From positions 1 through 27,551 of IMG/VR virus record IMGVR_UViG_3300012663_000495: DNA of 27,551 bases, one strand, 5' to 3'. Below are positions 26,005 to 27,551 of this stretch, piece after piece. Made by a program: the position numbers and the translations under genes. A model generated the notes under the pieces. That model worked only from the letters and a program-made list of their open reading frames with translations. It did not search any database and was not told the origin of the DNA. Source of the DNA: a virus. Lineage: Duplodnaviria; Caudoviricetes. The number at the start of each line of letters is the position of its first letter. Position 1 is the stretch's first letter.

Positions 26005-27551
26005 ATGGCGTTACAATTTAGACGAGGCCCAACTGGTGATTTAGAGCAAATTACACCTCTTGAAGGCGAACCATTATGGAACACAGATACCGATGCACTC
26101 TATGTAGGCGATGGTTCCACACCTGGTGGTATTTTAGTTGCTGGTGCAGGTAGCGGTTATTCTGGATCAACAGGATTTGCTGGCAGTCGAGGTTTTACTG
26201 GATCGGCAGGATTCAATGGTTCAATTGGATTTAGTGGTAGCCTAGGTTACACTGGATCATTTGGTTTCACTGGATCAAAAGGCGACACTGGCTTTGTCGG
26301 TAGCACTGGCTTTGTTGGATCACAAGGTAACTTAGGCTACACTGGCAGTAAAGGTGACACTGGAGAATTTGGTGCATTGGGCTATACTGGCTCAAAAGGT
26401 GATACTGGTTTTATTGGCAGTAAAGGTGACATTGGATTCACTGGCAGCAAAGGCGATACTGGTTTTATTGGGTCACAAGGAATTCAAGGTTACACTGGAT
26501 CTGATGGTAGCGTTGGCTACAGAGGTAGTCAAGGTTTTACTGGATCACAGGGTATACAAGGTAATATTGGATTTACTGGTAGCAAGGGCGAACAAGGATA
26601 TAATGGATCACAAGGTATCCAGGGCTACTTTGGTAGTAAGGGCGATACTGGCTATGTTGGATCACAAGGCATTCAAGGCTATGATGGTAGTAAAGGTAAT
26701 ATTGGTTACACTGGTTCACTTGGTAATCCAGGTGCCGATGGCGATCGTTATCATACCACAAGTGTTAGCAGCCTAACAATTACAAACAATGGTCAATTGA
26801 CCTTATACACAGTTGACCTAAACTTAGATTATAGTGTTCAACAAACATTGTTAATTGCATATAATTCTAACAATCACATGCATGCCACTGTTGACACATA
26901 CAATCCTGCAACTGGACAATTGGTTGTTACTGTTAACAGCAAATCCGGTAGTGGCACATACTCAAATTGGGAAGTTAACCTAGATGGTGCTGTTGGTATA
27001 CAAGGTTATACTGGTAGCAAGGGTGACACTGGATTTATTGGATCACAAGGCATCCAAGGCGATATCGGATTTACTGGCAGCAAAGGCGACATTGGCTTTG
27101 TAGGCAGTAAAGGTGACATTGGATTCACTGGTAGCAAGGGTGATATTGGTTATGTAGGATCACGTGGTGACCAAGGCTTTACTGGAAGTAAAGGAGATCA
27201 AGGTTACATAGGTAGTCAGGGTGATATTGGCTTCTCTGGTTCAAAAGGTGATATTGGTTACACTGGTAGTGGTTATGTAGGTAGTCAAGGTGTTGTTGGT
27301 GATCAAGGATTTACTGGCAGTAAGGGCGACATTGGATTTACTGGAAGTAAGGGCGATATCGGTTACACTGGTAGTGGCTTCATTGGCAGTCAAGGCGATA
27401 TTGGTTATGCCGGTAGTAAAGGCGATCAAGGATTCACAGGTAGCCAAGGATTTACTGGTTCAAAAGGCGACGCTGGCTTTGTAGGTAGTCAAGGTGATCT
27501 AGGTTACATTGGTAGCCGAGGCAGTATTGGTTTTACTGGATCACAAGGAGA
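26005..27551 (+). CDS. Collagen-like fibre protein (3' partial; not in track)
   Basis: AAGGAA RBS. MALQFRRG...GEP...DT..LYVGDG N-terminal domain (Mtd-N/hyaluronidase-like), then long Gly-X-Y tracts split by a ~80-aa globular insert. Open to the window end. Confidence 0.9.
   Translation, partial: MALQFRRGPTGDLEQITPLEGEPLWNTDTDALYVGDGSTPGGILVAGAGSGYSGSTGFAGSRGFTGSAGFNGSIGFSGSLGYTGSFGFTGSKGDTGFVGSTGFVGSQGNLGYTGSKGDTGEFGALGYTGSKGDTGFIGSKGDIGFTGSKGDTGFIGSQGIQGYTGSDGSVGYRGSQGFTGSQGIQGNIGFTGSKGEQGYNGSQGIQGYFGSKGDTGYVGSQGIQGYDGSKGNIGYTGSLGNPGADGDRYHTTSVSSLTITNNGQLTLYTVDLNLDYSVQQTLLIAYNSNNHMHATVDTYNPATGQLVVTVNSKSGSGTYSNWEVNLDGAVGIQGYTGSKGDTGFIGSQGIQGDIGFTGSKGDIGFVGSKGDIGFTGSKGDIGYVGSRGDQGFTGSKGDQGYIGSQGDIGFSGSKGDIGYTGSGYVGSQGVVGDQGFTGSKGDIGFTGSKGDIGYTGSGFIGSQGDIGYAGSKGDQGFTGSQGFTGSKGDAGFVGSQGDLGYIGSRGSIGFTGSQG

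Noticed and set aside
276-27447. All minus-strand ORFs in the track
   Set aside because: They are shadows of well-supported + strand genes, with no recognisable motifs.
26354-27484. Track ORFs within the collagen region; CRISPR-like or DGR-like appearance of the repeats
   Set aside because: They are off-frame products of Gly-X-Y codon periodicity. There are no constant repeats with unique spacers, no reverse transcriptase, and no template/variable repeat pair.
1-27551. tRNA genes, integrase/att site, introns or inteins, stop-codon readthrough
   Set aside because: Intergenic spaces are short and show no cloverleaf; core genes are normal length and uninterrupted in the standard code.

Overview
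This window is most or nearly all of a small, AT-rich tailed phage (siphovirus-like) genome, with every credible gene on the + strand. Gene order: C-terminal fibre fragment, double LamG-like adhesin, small genes and a holin-like gene; a ~4.3 kb non-structural block (Zn-finger proteins, a possible replication protein, two degenerate HNH-like proteins, a paralogue pair, a lipoprotein); TerS, TerL, portal, scaffold and capsid; neck and tail genes with a lambda G/T-type GGGAAAG frameshift; tape measure; a tail-tip module containing a GNAT; and large fibres ending in a collagen-like gene that runs off the window end in frame with the fragment at the window start. I recognise no polymerase, helicase, primase, integrase, sigma factor or endolysin. 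Almost every transcription unit is preceded by a T4-late-like TAAATA box, with leaderless ATGs or 5' hairpins about 4-7 nt downstream; only one operon has a canonical sigma70 promoter. A ~155-nt structured RNA with its own promoter and terminator is complementary to the leader and RBS of the next gene and displays further anti-SD/anti-AUG segments. Leading hypothesis (inference only): a virophage-like satellite that builds its own virion but borrows late transcription, replication and lysis from a T4-like helper phage. Product calls come from motif recognition and synteny, not database searches.
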